From assembly GCA_951406725.2 (NCBI GenBank), contig OX597832.1:58652001-58716000 (forward strand): DNA of 64,000 bases, written 5' to 3'. Shown in pieces: positions 44,121-58,440 of this stretch. A program made the position numbers and the translations under genes. Position 1 is the stretch's first letter. Every line of letters begins with the position of its first letter. The stretch is from Octopus vulgaris. Lineage: Eukaryota. The notes beneath the pieces are model-generated. The model searched no databases. It was not told the origin of the DNA and saw nothing but the letters and a program-made list of their open reading frames with translations.

Positions 44121-45404
44121 CAGTAGTAGAGAATGAAAAGAGATTTGAATCATATAACGATTGGAAAATGGGCAATTATGCAATATAGTAAAATACATAA
44201 AAATTATTTCAATTTTACCAACATTTTAGATTGACCCCAAAGGTTGTTCAAACTTTTGGCTACACATTTAAAATGTAGTTACGTTTCTTCATATATAATT
44301 TTAATAAAATTATCTCTAAGGTTTCCTTGCTAAGAAATTGTATTTCATAAGAAACGCATTTTAAGAAGTTAACGTTTTGGAAACATGGCGGTTAGGCATT
44401 GTCAGTTAAGATTTTATCGCACGGCGAACTATAATGTAGAATTAGCTGTGACCTGACCACAGCATATACGGCTTTCAAATAATGATTCTCATTCACATTT
44501 AAATAATTTATACCATACATAGCATGTATGTTATGTCATACATACCTTGTTATATACTTGTAGCAAATAACACTCTGATGTAATCTCCGAGATTTAACGA
44601 ACAAGCGGAGCAAGAAGAGGTGGTAATTATAGTAGACTGTTTGCTCAGTGGAATACAACAATTTCCTCTTTCTTCAAGAAAGTCAAATGTAAATGACAGA
44701 ATAAAATATTATTAATGATTCATGCTTATCTATGTTGTTTTCAACAAAGTATTCTGTTAGGCCCCTGAAGGAAAGAAAACTCATTACTCAGAATGATTTT
44801 AATTAGATATGACAGTTTAATATGCATTTGTTCCTGCATGACAAATAATTAGGCGTGGACATGAAACGGAGCATTACTTTTAAGCAGGAATCTTTCATAG
44901 CGTAAACATATTTCGCACAGAGAAGTGATTAGATTAAGTCGTTATAATTTCGTTTTATGTAACCTCTCCTTAAATCTTCTTCAATATCTGTTGTGTATTT
45001 TAATCTTTCTTCCATGATCTGTACTTACTTTCCATTAAACGTTGAGTACAGATGCCAGATGCTGCGTTTGGTGAGAGGGTGGAGGATGTGCAAGGGAACA
45101 GTTTAAGGTAAATACATGTGGAAGGTAATTCATGCACTGAGAACTGATCGACAAGGAGATCCATCATTGGAATATAAACATGCACACACATATACGCATA
45201 TACATTATACATACATTATCGCTACACACACAAACATTTATTTATATGCAAAATAAGAAAGAGAGAGAGTGGGGGAGAGGGGAGATAAGGGAGAGGCACA
45301 TAGAAAGATAGATGCAGATACGTTGTATCATCGATGTGTTCATATATATGTATGCGCATCTATCAATGAAGACGCAGGTATAAAGAGCGGGGCAGGTATT
45401 TTTA

Positions 45405-45575
45405 GGCGCAGACGTGGGTCTGTGGTAAGAAGCTTGCTTCCCAACCACAGGGTTTCGGGTTCGGTCCCACTAAATGAAAGGCATAGTAAACCTGAGCAAA
45501 ATTTGAACTCAGAACGTAAAGACTCCAAGCATTTCCCCCAGCGTGATATCGATTCCGTCAGCTCACTGCCTTGTT
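45405..45575. mobile_element. Family B head (plus) abutting a family C head (minus)
   Basis: ggcgcagacgtgggtctgtggtaagaagcttgc...; tttgaactcagaacgtaaag...cagctcactgcctt. Confidence 0.6.
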
Positions 45576-46045
45576 CATTTTAAGTACCAGGTACAAATCG
45601 GAAATGAATCAATGAGGATGATGATCAACCGGCTATCCACGGATAATACGGACTATATTGTACTAATCCCAAGGATACAGTCTCTGATGTCAAAATCATG
45701 TGATTTGTGGAAACGCGCGTAACGATGTATTAATTATCTATATATTCCAACCTGGAATTATTGTTATTATTATATTTATCCATGCATATAAACATACACA
45801 CACACACATATATACATGTTTATACATACATACTTAGATATGTATGTATATATGTATGTGTGTATATGTGTGTGCGTGTGTATATATATGATTATGTCTA
45901 CATATATATATATATATATATATATTTGTATGTATATATTTATATACATATAAGTATACACACACACACATATATATCGTTTTAATTGTTATAGTCATTA
46001 ACTCATTAGCTTCATTGCTGTTGTCATGTTCAAGATTCATATCCA

Positions 46046-46480
46046 TCACCACCGTCACCACCACCACCACCACCACCACCGTCACCACCACCACCACCAC
46101 CACCACCACCACCATCACCACCACCACCACCGTCACCATCACCACCACCACCACCACCACCACCACCACCACCACCACCACCACCACCACCACCACCACC
46201 ACCACCACCACCACCACCACCACCACCACCATCACCACCACCACCACCATAACCACCACCACCACCACCACCACCACCACCACACACCACCACCACCACC
46301 ACCACCACCACCACCACCACCACCACCACCACCACCACCATCACCACCACCACCACCACCATCACCACCACCACCACCACCACCACCACCACCACCACCA
46401 CCACCACCACCACCACCACCACCACCACCACCACCACCACCACCACCACCACCACCACCACCACCACCACCACCGTCACC
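46046..46480. repeat. ~430-bp (CAC)n tract
   Basis: Direct reading; source of the poly-T/H/P/V/G/W ORFs. Confidence 0.95.
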
Positions 46481-46577
46481 ATTATTACCGCCAGCATCGC
46501 AATCATCAACAATACGAAAAGCAACAAATCCCACAGAAGCAGCAGCAGTAGCAGCCGTAGTAGTAAAAGCAGTAGCA

Positions 46578-46608
<31 letters not shown>

Positions 46609-47260
46609 TAACAGCCTGACGTAAAAAATAATCGACGTCATCAACGAAACCAATGCTAACAAGCGACGAAGAACCTCTGAAGCATCACGTGTTGCTAAAA
46701 CGAGAGGTGAGTTGGCGAATAGGAGTGAACGATGTTTGCATTGAGGGTATATATGAAGATAAAAGAGCTCAACAAGGGAGAGAAATGTAGTTCGTGTCTC
46801 AGTATAAAATAATATTGATTGGTGGATGTTTAACATGGCTGACAGGAACACTTAAGTTGATCAACTATTTTGATTTATGGTTCGAACACTTAACGTAACG
46901 GAAGACAAGCAACATTGGGATAAATATACATCGCAATCTTTCATTGTTTAGACTGATGAATAATTGCTTATCTCTTCCTCCCTAAACCGTTTCTACTTTC
47001 TATTTGCAATCCACAACTCAAATATGTGACATCAATTTAAAAGTATGGAAAACAAGATTGTTTATATTATAAGGTACTAAACAACGATTTCAAAGATTTC
47101 CAGTTCAAATTCACTGAAAGTTTAATTTTCGTGTGATTTATTTCAGATAGCTGTTAGGATTTTTACCTGCAAAAGAGGGGAACTGTACGAGGCCGTTTTA
47201 TTCGCGGAGATCTAGTTGGGAACTCTCTCTCAAAATAATAGTCGATTTGCAATGTAAATA

Positions 47261-48120
47261 GGTGGTCTGATCAATAAATATCCGGACTGTTGCTATGGTA
47301 ACGAAGTTAAAGCATCCAGAATGACGTCGCTCGGAACAGATTGATCTTAAACTTTGCTGTGCATGCACACGAAGTTTTATCAATCTAGCTCACTCCTGCT
47401 GTTTACAGCAATGCTTGGAAGGAAGGTATGTAGCGTGTGATCGTCGCATTGACCATGACAGGGTAAGTTGAGCAGAGAATCTACATCAAATTTTCTCCAA
47501 AAGCTTGGCGATACCTGTTCAGAGGTCTTCGCAGTTTTCAAAAGTTTTCATCGTTCTGGACACAACTTGTAGAGCTAAAAACCGAGTGTCTTTTTGGTCA
47601 GCTGAAAACAGTTTTGGCACGAACTTGGCTGACATGTATCTCATACCCACATTTCTGTGATAATGGACTGAACTGAACCGTAACTCATCTGAACATCTTT
47701 TGATAACCCTCGGTTGGTGATTCGGTGATTTCCCCTCACATCTTGACGCACATCAGCGATGATTTTCTCAGTTCTGCTGGTTGCGGGTCTCCCAGAACGT
47801 TCGTCAATATCAACATTTTTCGGCCATCTTGGAAACGTCTGAACCACTCTTACACTAGTGTGCGTCTAATACACCCCTCCCCGAACACTTTCTGCAACTT
47901 TGCGTAGGCGTCTGTCATAATCAATGCGACGATCACACGTTACACATGTTACTTCCAAGCACTGCTGTAAACAGTGGAAGTGAGCTAGAACGTTAAAACT
48001 CAGAGCGCATGCAGAGTATAGTTTACGGTCAATCTGTGTCAAGCGGCTTTACTCTGCATGTCTGCATGTTTTAGCTTCGTTACTATGGCAACTGTCCGAA
48101 TACATATTGATCACGTTTCA
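47261..48120. mobile_element. Mariner-derived element built from two inverted 5' ends (~200-bp TIRs)
   Basis: 47261-47461 is the reverse complement of 47912-48120; plus strand EQRIYIKF..KLGDTCSE; minus strand AYAKLQKVFGEGC...EWFRRF...DERSGRPATS (mariner HTH region). Confidence 0.8.
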
Positions 48121-48294
48121 TAATGTAGCAGAAGAGATGGAGTAGGTCACCTATGGAACGTCTTTGATTCTATTTCTATTCAATCAGAGGTGATACTTGG
48201 TTAAATAAAATAGCAATGGATTTAAAACAAAACATGAACGCTTTCCATCCACCAAGCGTAAAGGCTACGAGATGGTACAGTCATCAGCCCGTTG

Positions 48295-48470
48295 GACAAA
48301 ATGCATAGCTCCATTTTGTCAGTTCACGTTCTGATTTCAAAATGTCACCGAGCTCACCTTTGCCTTTCAACGCTTCGAGGTTTTATAATGTAAGTACGAG
48401 TCACGCACTGGGATCAATGTATCCGAATTCTGATTTCTTTCCAAAATTACTGGCCTTGAAACCTTCAACG
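48295..48470 (+). mobile_element. SINE family C, degraded
   Basis: acgttctgatttcaaa...ctttgcctttca...taagtacgagt. Confidence 0.55.
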
Positions 48471-49142
48471 GACCGGTATTCCTTTCAAGGTGAACGTTGT
48501 GATGTCGACCATTTTTACAGAAAACCGGTGGAATGGCCTTATGAATCCAAAGGATCTAGAAAAATGAAAAAAACTAAAAATAAAAAGGAATCATGAATTG
48601 AAACTGGATTATTGAAGGATATTAGGTGAGACGCTTTACTGTCTTAATACTATAAAATCACTACAAATCAACTGCGTTTAAGAGTCTCTTATGCTTTAAG
48701 ATCTAATTAATCATGAACTTACAATTAAAGAGGCCAAGCGTATCGAATAAATTGCCTTGCGATAATCGCCCTGGTTCTCTACGCTTTGCTTTTAAAACGC
48801 TTGTGGTCAGTTTTGCATTTCGTCCTTTAGGGGTTGGTAACTAAGCAATCCTGTACCAGGATCGATTCTTCCCTTTCTCTCACTCTTTCTTTCTTTCATT
48901 CTAAATTCTCTCTCCTCCTTTAGGAAGAAATCAGCTGCAGTCAAACATGGGGAGGGATGGATTCTCACAAGTTTAAAGTTACCAAAACATGCTATGTACA
49001 AGAATGGTGATTCTACAACTCCATCAAGAAGTTGAGGTCTCGAGGTAAAGTGAAGCAAAAAATAATCAAGCGCATAAGGATAGAAGCCATATTCCATTGT
49101 ATTCTATAATAACACAATTACCATGCCAATATTTATCTTGTT

Positions 49143-49740
49143 GAAGGCAGCGGGCTGGCAGAGACGTTAGCATGCTGGACGAAATTCTTAGCAGCATTTT
49201 GACTGTCTACGTTCTCAGTTCTAATTCCGCTGAGGTCAACTTTGATTTTTATCTTTTCCGGGTCGATAAATTAAGTACCAGTTGCGTATTGGGGTCGATC
49301 TAATCCACTGGCCCCCTCCCCCAAAATTTCGGGCCTTGTACTTAGAGTAGAAAAGAATATTTATCTTGTTGAAGGGGGCGAGCTGACAGAAACGTTAGTA
49401 CGCCGGGCGAAATACTTAGCGGTATTTCGTCCGTCTTTACGTTCTGATCTCAAATTCCGGCGAGGTCGACTTTGCCTTTCATCCTTTCGGGGATCGATAA
49501 ATTAAGTACCAGTTGCGTACTGGGGTAGATCTAATTGGTCCCCTCCCTCAATATTTCGGGCCTTGTGCCTAAAGTAGAAAAGAATATTTATTTTGTTGAA
49601 GGCGACAGAATCGTTAGCACACTGGGAAGAATGCTTAAAACAGTGTTTGGCCCATCCTTACGTTATGAGTTCAAATTCCGTCGAGGTCAACTTTGTCATT
49701 CATCTTTTTCGTGGGGTTGATAGAATAAGTGTCAGCTGAC
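49143..49740 (+). mobile_element. Three head-to-tail family C SINEs (~230-bp period)
   Basis: Each unit is preceded by aatatttat(c/t)ttgttgaagg. Confidence 0.85.
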
Positions 49741-49970
49741 CACTAATTTTGATGTAACCGGCATATCCAATGCTAGGGGTCGCCCCGGGTGGAACTTTTA
49801 ATGGGGAGGCACTTTTCATACTATTGAAGGCTTTCCTGTAGGCAATATGCATTCTTTGTGGGGCCTGGGGGCAGCAAATGGAAGGGCCGACCCCGGCGGC
49901 ACATACTGTAGCTCCCTTGAAATTACTGCCTTTGTGTCAAAATTTAAAACCGATTGTTATGTTGATGCTT

Positions 49971-50350
49971 AAGGCGGCGAGTTATAGAATGGTTAGCACG
50001 CCGGGCGAAATGCTTAGCGGTATTTCGTCTGCCGCTACGTTCTGAGTTCAAATTCGGCCGAGGTCGACTTTGCCTTTCATCCTTTCGGGGTCGATTAAAT
50101 AAGTACTAGTTATGCACTGGGGTCGATGTAATCGACTTAATCCGTTTGTCTGTCCTTGTTTGTCCTCTCTGTGTTTAGCCGCTTGTGGGTAATAAAGGAA
50201 TAAGAAACTTTAGCACACCGAGGGGGAAAATGCTTAACGGCATTTGGCCCATACTTACGCTTTGAGTTCAAATTCTGCCGAGGTCGACTTTACCTTTTAT
50301 CCCTTTTGGGTCGATAAAATAAGAATCAGTTTACCACTGGGGTCGATAAA
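49971..50350 (+). mobile_element. SINE family C, full plus partial tandem
   Basis: aaggcggcgag...gcctttcatcctttcggggtcg..., second core near 50280. Confidence 0.8.
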
Positions 50351-50404
50351 ATCATTTTATTCCCTTCTCCGATATTGTTTGCATTCATCCAGAATTTGGA
50401 ACCA

Positions 50405-50558
50405 TTATCTATCTTGTTGGTTACGCTAGTAAGTCTGAAAAATGACAGACACACCTTAAAATATTTTTAAAAAGAGCGTAAATTTCTCACAAGCCAAACA
50501 TGGATCCTTTGTGTGGATCCTTGTTATACAGGTTATACCAAAATAATCTTCCCCAGTT
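50405..50558 (+). repeat. ~155-bp direct repeat, copy 1 (copy 2 at ~55205-55358)
   Basis: tctatcttgttg(g/a)ttacgcta...taaatttctcacaa(g/a)ccaaacatggatccttt...tataccaaaataatct. Confidence 0.85.
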
Positions 50559-50740
50559 TACTCCCTTCTCCGATATTGCATGTCTTCATCAAAAATTTGA
50601 AACCATTATCTATCTTAGAAAATTAATATTTTTAAAAATAGTAAATTTCTAATTTATAAATCAGTGACTAGTTGTCACTTTGAAAGCTTTATGTTTCGAG
50701 CGGGAATTCGGCAGCGCCAGCTCTAGCCAAATAATTATTT

Positions 50741-50781
50741 TGTGCTGATGAAGAGAAATAACCTAGAAATCGCGATACACA
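50741..50781 (+). ncRNA. Type I hammerhead motif closing a long hairpin (50695-50827)
   Basis: tgtg-CTGATGA-agagaaataaccta-GAAA-tcgcga-TA-caca; palindromic stem III atcgcgat; stem II weak; stem I extended by cagctc/gagctg and gggaa/ttccc. Confidence 0.65.
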
Positions 50782-50828
50782 GATATTGTTTTGAGCTGAG
50801 CGGGGGTGCTAAGTTCCCTTGTTCGAAA

Positions 50829-50882
<54 letters not shown>

Positions 50883-50913
50883 CACAGTTGCGTTGTGGGG
50901 TAACGAGTGGAAT

Positions 50914-51755
50914 TATATACGAAAGAAGGTTTGAAAATGCAATTTAAAAGATGTTTATTTACTTAACCGGTTTCACTCTTTGGAAAAAGATTGTCAAAAG
51001 TAACATAGAATATTATGAATTCAAAAAAGTTTTTTACATAATTGCCACATTAAATGTATATATACAGTCTTTGGTAACAGGGACATGTTAAGGACATAAA
51101 GAAGTACAACAGTGTGATGAGAATATTTGAAAAAATGGGCAGAAAAGAATAAAACAAATATATTATTGGAAGTTTGGTTGCGTTAATTATTGGTTGTTGC
51201 AAATTGCCACATTACATGTATATATACAGTCTTTGGTAACAAGGACATGTTAAGGACATAAGGAAGTACAACAGTATGATGAGAATATTTGAAAAAATGG
51301 GCAGAAAAGATTAAAATAAATATATTATACATCTCAGGGTCAGTACAGAATATTATGAATTCAAGGCGAGCTTGTTTACTGACTTGTCCGTTTTAGCAGT
51401 AATGTAGAATTGAGAAAGATGTACCCGTTTTTTTCTGTTTTTGGCTTTCCTTCAAGCATCAATGATTTTGGGGTTAGGCTGAGGTGAATATGTGTGTCTC
51501 TCTGCGTGTGTGTGAATAGATGTGTCTGTGTGTCTGTAGTATTTGGTCAGATGGCGTCTGTTTGTCAAGTGTGTGTGGTTATCATGGTGTTGTGTGTGCG
51601 TGTGTGTGCGCGTGCGTGTGTGCGTGCGTGTGTACGCATGCATGAGTGTGGATGGCATTTGACATGGTGCTGCGTGTGTATATATGTGCCTGTATGGAGG
51701 TGAGACTGGTGTGAGTATGCGTGCCCCTGTGTGCGTGCACACACACGTATACAAG
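50914..51755 (-). repeat. PLE 3' pseudo-LTR (left inverted arm) with an internal ~125-bp duplication
   Basis: Reverse complement of 54175-55044; attgccacatta...tatattat occurs at ~51041 and ~51203. Confidence 0.9.
50951..51006 (-). ncRNA. Hammerhead ribozyme motif, U3:A8 core variant
   Basis: ttactt-TTGACAA-t-ctttt-tcca-aagag-t-GAAA-ccgg-TT-aagtaa; outer atgtt/aacat helix. Confidence 0.7.
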
Positions 51756-51919
51756 CGTCTGTGTGTGGGGGGGGCTGTTTTTGAATGGTTCCAGGGTGGC
51801 GAAAATAGATGTGTGTTGTTTAAAGAATTTTTGGGGGTAGGATGGTGTGTGTATATATGCCTGCTCGCCCGTGCACCCGCGCGTGCGTGCGCGTGCGCGT
51901 CTACGCGTGTGTGCGGGCC

Positions 51920-52700
51920 ATACACACACACAACATATACATACATACACACACACATACACACACACATCATCATACACACACACCACACACACACACA
52001 TATCACACACATAATACACACACACAACACACACACATAATACACAAACACACAACACATACACACACAACACACACGCATATACAGAACACACACACAC
52101 AGAACGCACACACATATAATATACACACACAACACACAAATATAACATATATTTATATATAATATACACACATATAACACACACACACAACACACACACA
52201 CAACACACGCACACATACATACATAATATAAATACAACACAAATACACTTAGCACATATATACATACAATACACATAGACAGCATATATATAATACACAT
52301 ACACAATATATACATATAACATACATACACAATACATACATATAATATATATATATATAGACAATGCATATACATATATACATATATACATATATATAGT
52401 GTTTACATACACATACATAAATATACCACATATACACACAATATACATACATACAATGTATACATATACACATACGCATACATATAACATATATATACTC
52501 ATAACATACACATACACAATGCATACATGTATATACATGCAATGTATATACTTTATTCATGCATATATAACACGCATACAATATACATATATACAATGCA
52601 CACATACACACACATATACACATAATGTACACATACATATACAGCACACATACATATAATATACATATACACAATGCACATACAAATAATGCACATATAT

Positions 52701-52742
<42 letters not shown>

Positions 52743-52860
52743 TCTCACATATACACATACATATATATATAATGCACACACACACACACACACACGCGCA
52801 CACACACACGCGCACACACACATACACACAACGCACACAACACTCGCACACATAACCTAC
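51920..52860. repeat. Degenerate CA/TA-rich tract inside the PLE 3' region
   Basis: Scrambled CA/TA units between the endonuclease stop codon and the pseudo-LTR. Confidence 0.85.
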
Positions 52861-53029
52861 ATATATATAATGCATGCGTGTGCGTGCCGCGTATGTGTGT
52901 GGTCAATGCCCGCTAGTGTGCCCTATGTGTGCCGATGCGTGCATGTGTCCGCCTGCATGATATGCTGCGAGTGTGCGCGTGTGCGCGTGTCCCTGTGTAC
53001 TTGCTCTGGATGTGCGCCTAGGGGGTATG

Positions 53030-54174
53030 TTAGAGTATGTTTAGTTGTGGTCTGTATTTTTGAATAAGATTACTTTCCCTATTTATTCGTGTTTGGTCTG
53101 TGGTGTCCGAGCATTGGTATAGTGGGAAGACTAAGAATTTGGGGAAATTATTGTGTGCACAAAGGTCTAAGTGTCCACTTAGTAGTATCTGTCTTGTGGA
53201 GGGGTCCCTCAGTTGTTGTCGGTGAACTGTCATTCTTTCTCTGAGGGTAAGGCTCGTTTGCCCTATGTAGTCTTCGTGGAATCCTTCACACCTTATGACG
53301 TAGAGTAAATTTTTTGATGCGCACGTGAAATTATTTTTTATGATGAATGTGTGTCCCGAGCGGAACTTGTACGTCGATCCCTCAATGAGGTGGATGCAAG
53401 TCCTGCAGTTGGGGCGACCACATTTTTTGATGGTGGGCGGTGGGTTTGTGTTGTATAATTTTGCGTTGGTGAGGAGGTTTTTTAGGGATTTAGGTTGTCT
53501 CTTACTTTTATTATTTTATGAGCTGCCAGTAATTTTTTCAGGCGTGGGTCTTGATTTAGTTGTGGAATGTTGTTGTATATAATAGTGTAAGCTTCTGCAT
53601 TCCTTGGGTTGTGTGTTGAGAGATAGGGGAGGCTATTTACTGTACTGTGGATGTGTTTAGGTTTTCGTAGGTCTTGAGTGTTGATTGATTTGGCCCGTTC
53701 TATTCCGTTGTCTATTATTGATGCCGGGTAATGTCTTTCGAGAAGAATTGCCCTTAGTTCCCGGAGTCTTCTATTTCGTGTTGTGTCATTTGAGACAATA
53801 GTGCAGATTCTTCTCGCTAGGTTGAAGGGGATATTTGTCTTTGTGTGTTTTGGATGATTGGAGGTGAATAGAAGGTATTGTTTAGAGTCAGTGGGTTTGT
53901 AATGGATGTCAGTTTCAATGTTGACGCCTTTTTTAATGATTAGAATGTCAAGAAAAGGGAGTTAGTCCTGACTATATTCCATTGTGAATTGAATGTTGTT
54001 ATTTACACTGTTGATAAGGTTTTTGAAGTCTATAAGTTGGTCGAGTGTGTGGGACCATAGGATGAAGCAATCATCTAAGTAGCGTTTCCATTTCTCCAAC
54101 AGGTATTTGTGGAAAGACTGGCCGTACTTATATTTGGATTTTTTATAGATATGTGATTCCAGGTAGGCCATCAC
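53030..54174 (-). pseudogene. PLE RT C-terminal half, Cys-rich linker and GIY-YIG endonuclease
   Basis: WKRYLDDCF...FTMEYSQD*LPFLDI...TDIHYKPTD...HPKHTKTNIPFNLARRI...KCGRPNCRTC...NLLYVIRC...YIGQT...RMTVHR...GH...RE..LI...PQLN; one stop (~53962) and one frameshift (~53507). Confidence 0.93.
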
Positions 54175-55037
54175 CTTGTATACGTGTGTGTGCACGCACA
54201 CAGGGGCACGCACACTCACACCAGTCTCACCTCCATACATGCACATATATACACACGCAGCACCATGTCAAACGCCATCCACACTCATGCATGCGTACAC
54301 ACACACGGACACACGCACACACGCACGCACGCGCACACACACGCACGCACGCGCACACACACGCACACACCATGACAACCACACACACTTGACAAACAGA
54401 CGCCATCTGACCAAAAACTACAGACACAAAGACACATCTAGTCACACACACGCAGAGAGACACACATATTCACCTCAGCCTAACCCCAAAATCATTGATG
54501 CTTGAAGGAAAGCCAAAAACAGAAAAAAGCGGGTACATCTTTCTCAATTCTACATTACTGCTAAAACGGACAGGTCAGTAAACAAGCTCGCCTTGAATTC
54601 ATAATATTCTGTACTGACCCTGAGATGTATAATATATTTATTTTAATATTTTCTGCCCATTTTTTCAAATATTCTCATCATACTGTTGTACTTCCTTATG
54701 TCCTTAACATGTCCTTGTTACCAAAGACTGTATATATACATGTAATGTGGCAATTTGCAACAACCAATAATTAACGCAACCAAACTTCCAATAATATATT
54801 TGTTTTATTCTTTTCTGCCCATTTTTTCAAATATTCTCATCACACTGTTGTACTTCTTTATGTCCTTAACATGTCCCTGTTACCAAAGACTGTATATATA
54901 CATATAATGTGGCAATTATGTAAAAAAATTTTTTTGAATTCATAATATTCTATGTTACTTTTGACAATCTTTTTCCAAAGAGTGAAACCGGTTAAGTAAA
55001 TAAACATCTTTTAAATTGCATTTTCAAACCTTCTTTC

Positions 55038-55044
<7 letters not shown>
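54175..55044 (+). repeat. Inverted pseudo-LTR copy fused at the 5' truncation point of the RT
   Basis: RT homology stops abruptly at 54174, where cttgtatacgtgtgtg (reverse complement of 51740-51755) begins. Confidence 0.9.
54952..55007 (+). ncRNA. Hammerhead ribozyme motif, U3:A8 core variant (identical to the left copy)
   Basis: atgttactt-TTGACAA-tctttttccaaagagt-GAAA-ccgg-TT-aagtaaataaacat. Confidence 0.7.
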
Positions 55045-55103
<59 letters not shown>

Positions 55104-55204
55104 CGTGTCGTATAGCCAGCTGGAGACAATATCTCCTGGGGATAATTACAGCAAAATTCGTCCTAAACAGGGACTACCATATTATGTTGGCAAACAATCG
55201 TTAT

Positions 55205-55358
55205 TGTCTATCTTGTTGATTACGCTACTAAGTCTCAAAAAATGAGAGACACACCTTAAGATATTTTGAAAAAGAGTATAAATTTCTCACAAACCAAACA
55301 TGGATCCTTTATGAGGATGCCTGTTATGCAGGCTATACCAAAATAATCTCCCCCGGTT
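55205..55358 (+). repeat. ~155-bp direct repeat, copy 2
   Basis: Matches 50405-50558 with scattered substitutions. Confidence 0.85.
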
Positions 55359-55559
55359 CATATTCGAATCGGGTAACCTTGAGATAGGAACAGTATACGT
55401 TTGAGAAAGCGCAGGGGTGAAATAGATGAGATGATCCAAATATGAACGAAGAGTTGTTCGGCCAGAGCTGATGTGGATCATAGCACCAAAAGTACCACCG
55501 CCAGAACCATTACGGTTCTGGCAGTGGTAAACTCTACCATAACCAACAGAAGAAGTAGC

Positions 55560-57830
<2,271 letters not shown>

Positions 57831-57899
57831 AACATCAAAGGACGGTACTGTAAGCTACTATATATTAGGTAGAAAGATTGAGATTTAGCGTGAGAGCGT

Positions 57900-58440
57900 A
57901 AGAGAACATGCGAGAGAAAGAGACACAATGAGTGAAAAATAGGAAGGGAGAAAGAAAGAAAGAAAGAAAGAAGAGAAGAAAGGAGAAGGAGAATGAGGAG
58001 GAGAGTACCCGAGAGAGCAAGTGAGATCAAGATAGACCTAGAGAGAGGGGAAGAGAAAAAGAATGAAAGAATGAGGGAGAGAGAAAAAGAGGGTGAAAAT
58101 AGTCACAACGAGAGGAAACTAGGTAGAAAGAGAAGAGAGGGTGCGAGAGGAGAAGAGTGAGAAAGAGAGCACCAGAAAGAGAGAGAGAGAGAGAGAGAGA
58201 GTGGGAGAAAGCATGGGCAAGAGAGAGAGAGAGAGCAGGAAAGAGAGCAAGAGACAGAGAGAGAGAGAAAGAAAGAGCGAGAGGGGGCGAGGGAGAGCAA
58301 GAGTGAGAACGAAAGAGAGAATGAACGTGTGAACGTGAGCGCAACAGAGAGAGAGAGAGAGAGAGAAATATGCAGCGAGGTGAAAATAGGAAGAGAGAAA
58401 GAGAGAGAGAGAGACAGAAGAAGACAGTGGAGATAAGAGA
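57900..58440. repeat. GA-rich polypurine tract
   Basis: Direct reading. Confidence 0.85.

Larger units (their letters stand above)
50881..55044 (-). mobile_element. 5'-truncated Penelope-like element (Neptune-type) with inverted pseudo-LTRs, inserted in (TA)n
   Basis: RT plus GIY-YIG remnant; near-identical inverted repeats 50914-51755 and 54175-55044; TA tracts on both sides. Confidence 0.92.

Noticed and set aside
45030-45170. Minus-strand candidate exon ending at a gtaagt donor
   Set aside because: No convincing acceptor or recognisable peptide; may be an old repeat
46015-46851. Poly-Thr/His/Pro/Val/Gly ORFs suggesting a His- or Gly-rich structural protein
   Set aside because: Nearly pure (CAC)n, open in all frames, with no codon variation or flanking domain
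48807-49097. 96-aa non-repetitive ORF
   Set aside because: No recognisable motif, and it runs into low-complexity and SINE-like sequence
49127-49740. Regularly spaced repeats resembling a CRISPR array
   Set aside because: The 'spacers' are homologous SINE bodies in a eukaryotic context
53030-54174. Possible selenocysteine recoding as in Naiad PLEs
   Set aside because: The in-frame stop is TAA rather than TGA, the endonuclease is C-terminal, and a frameshift indicates ordinary decay
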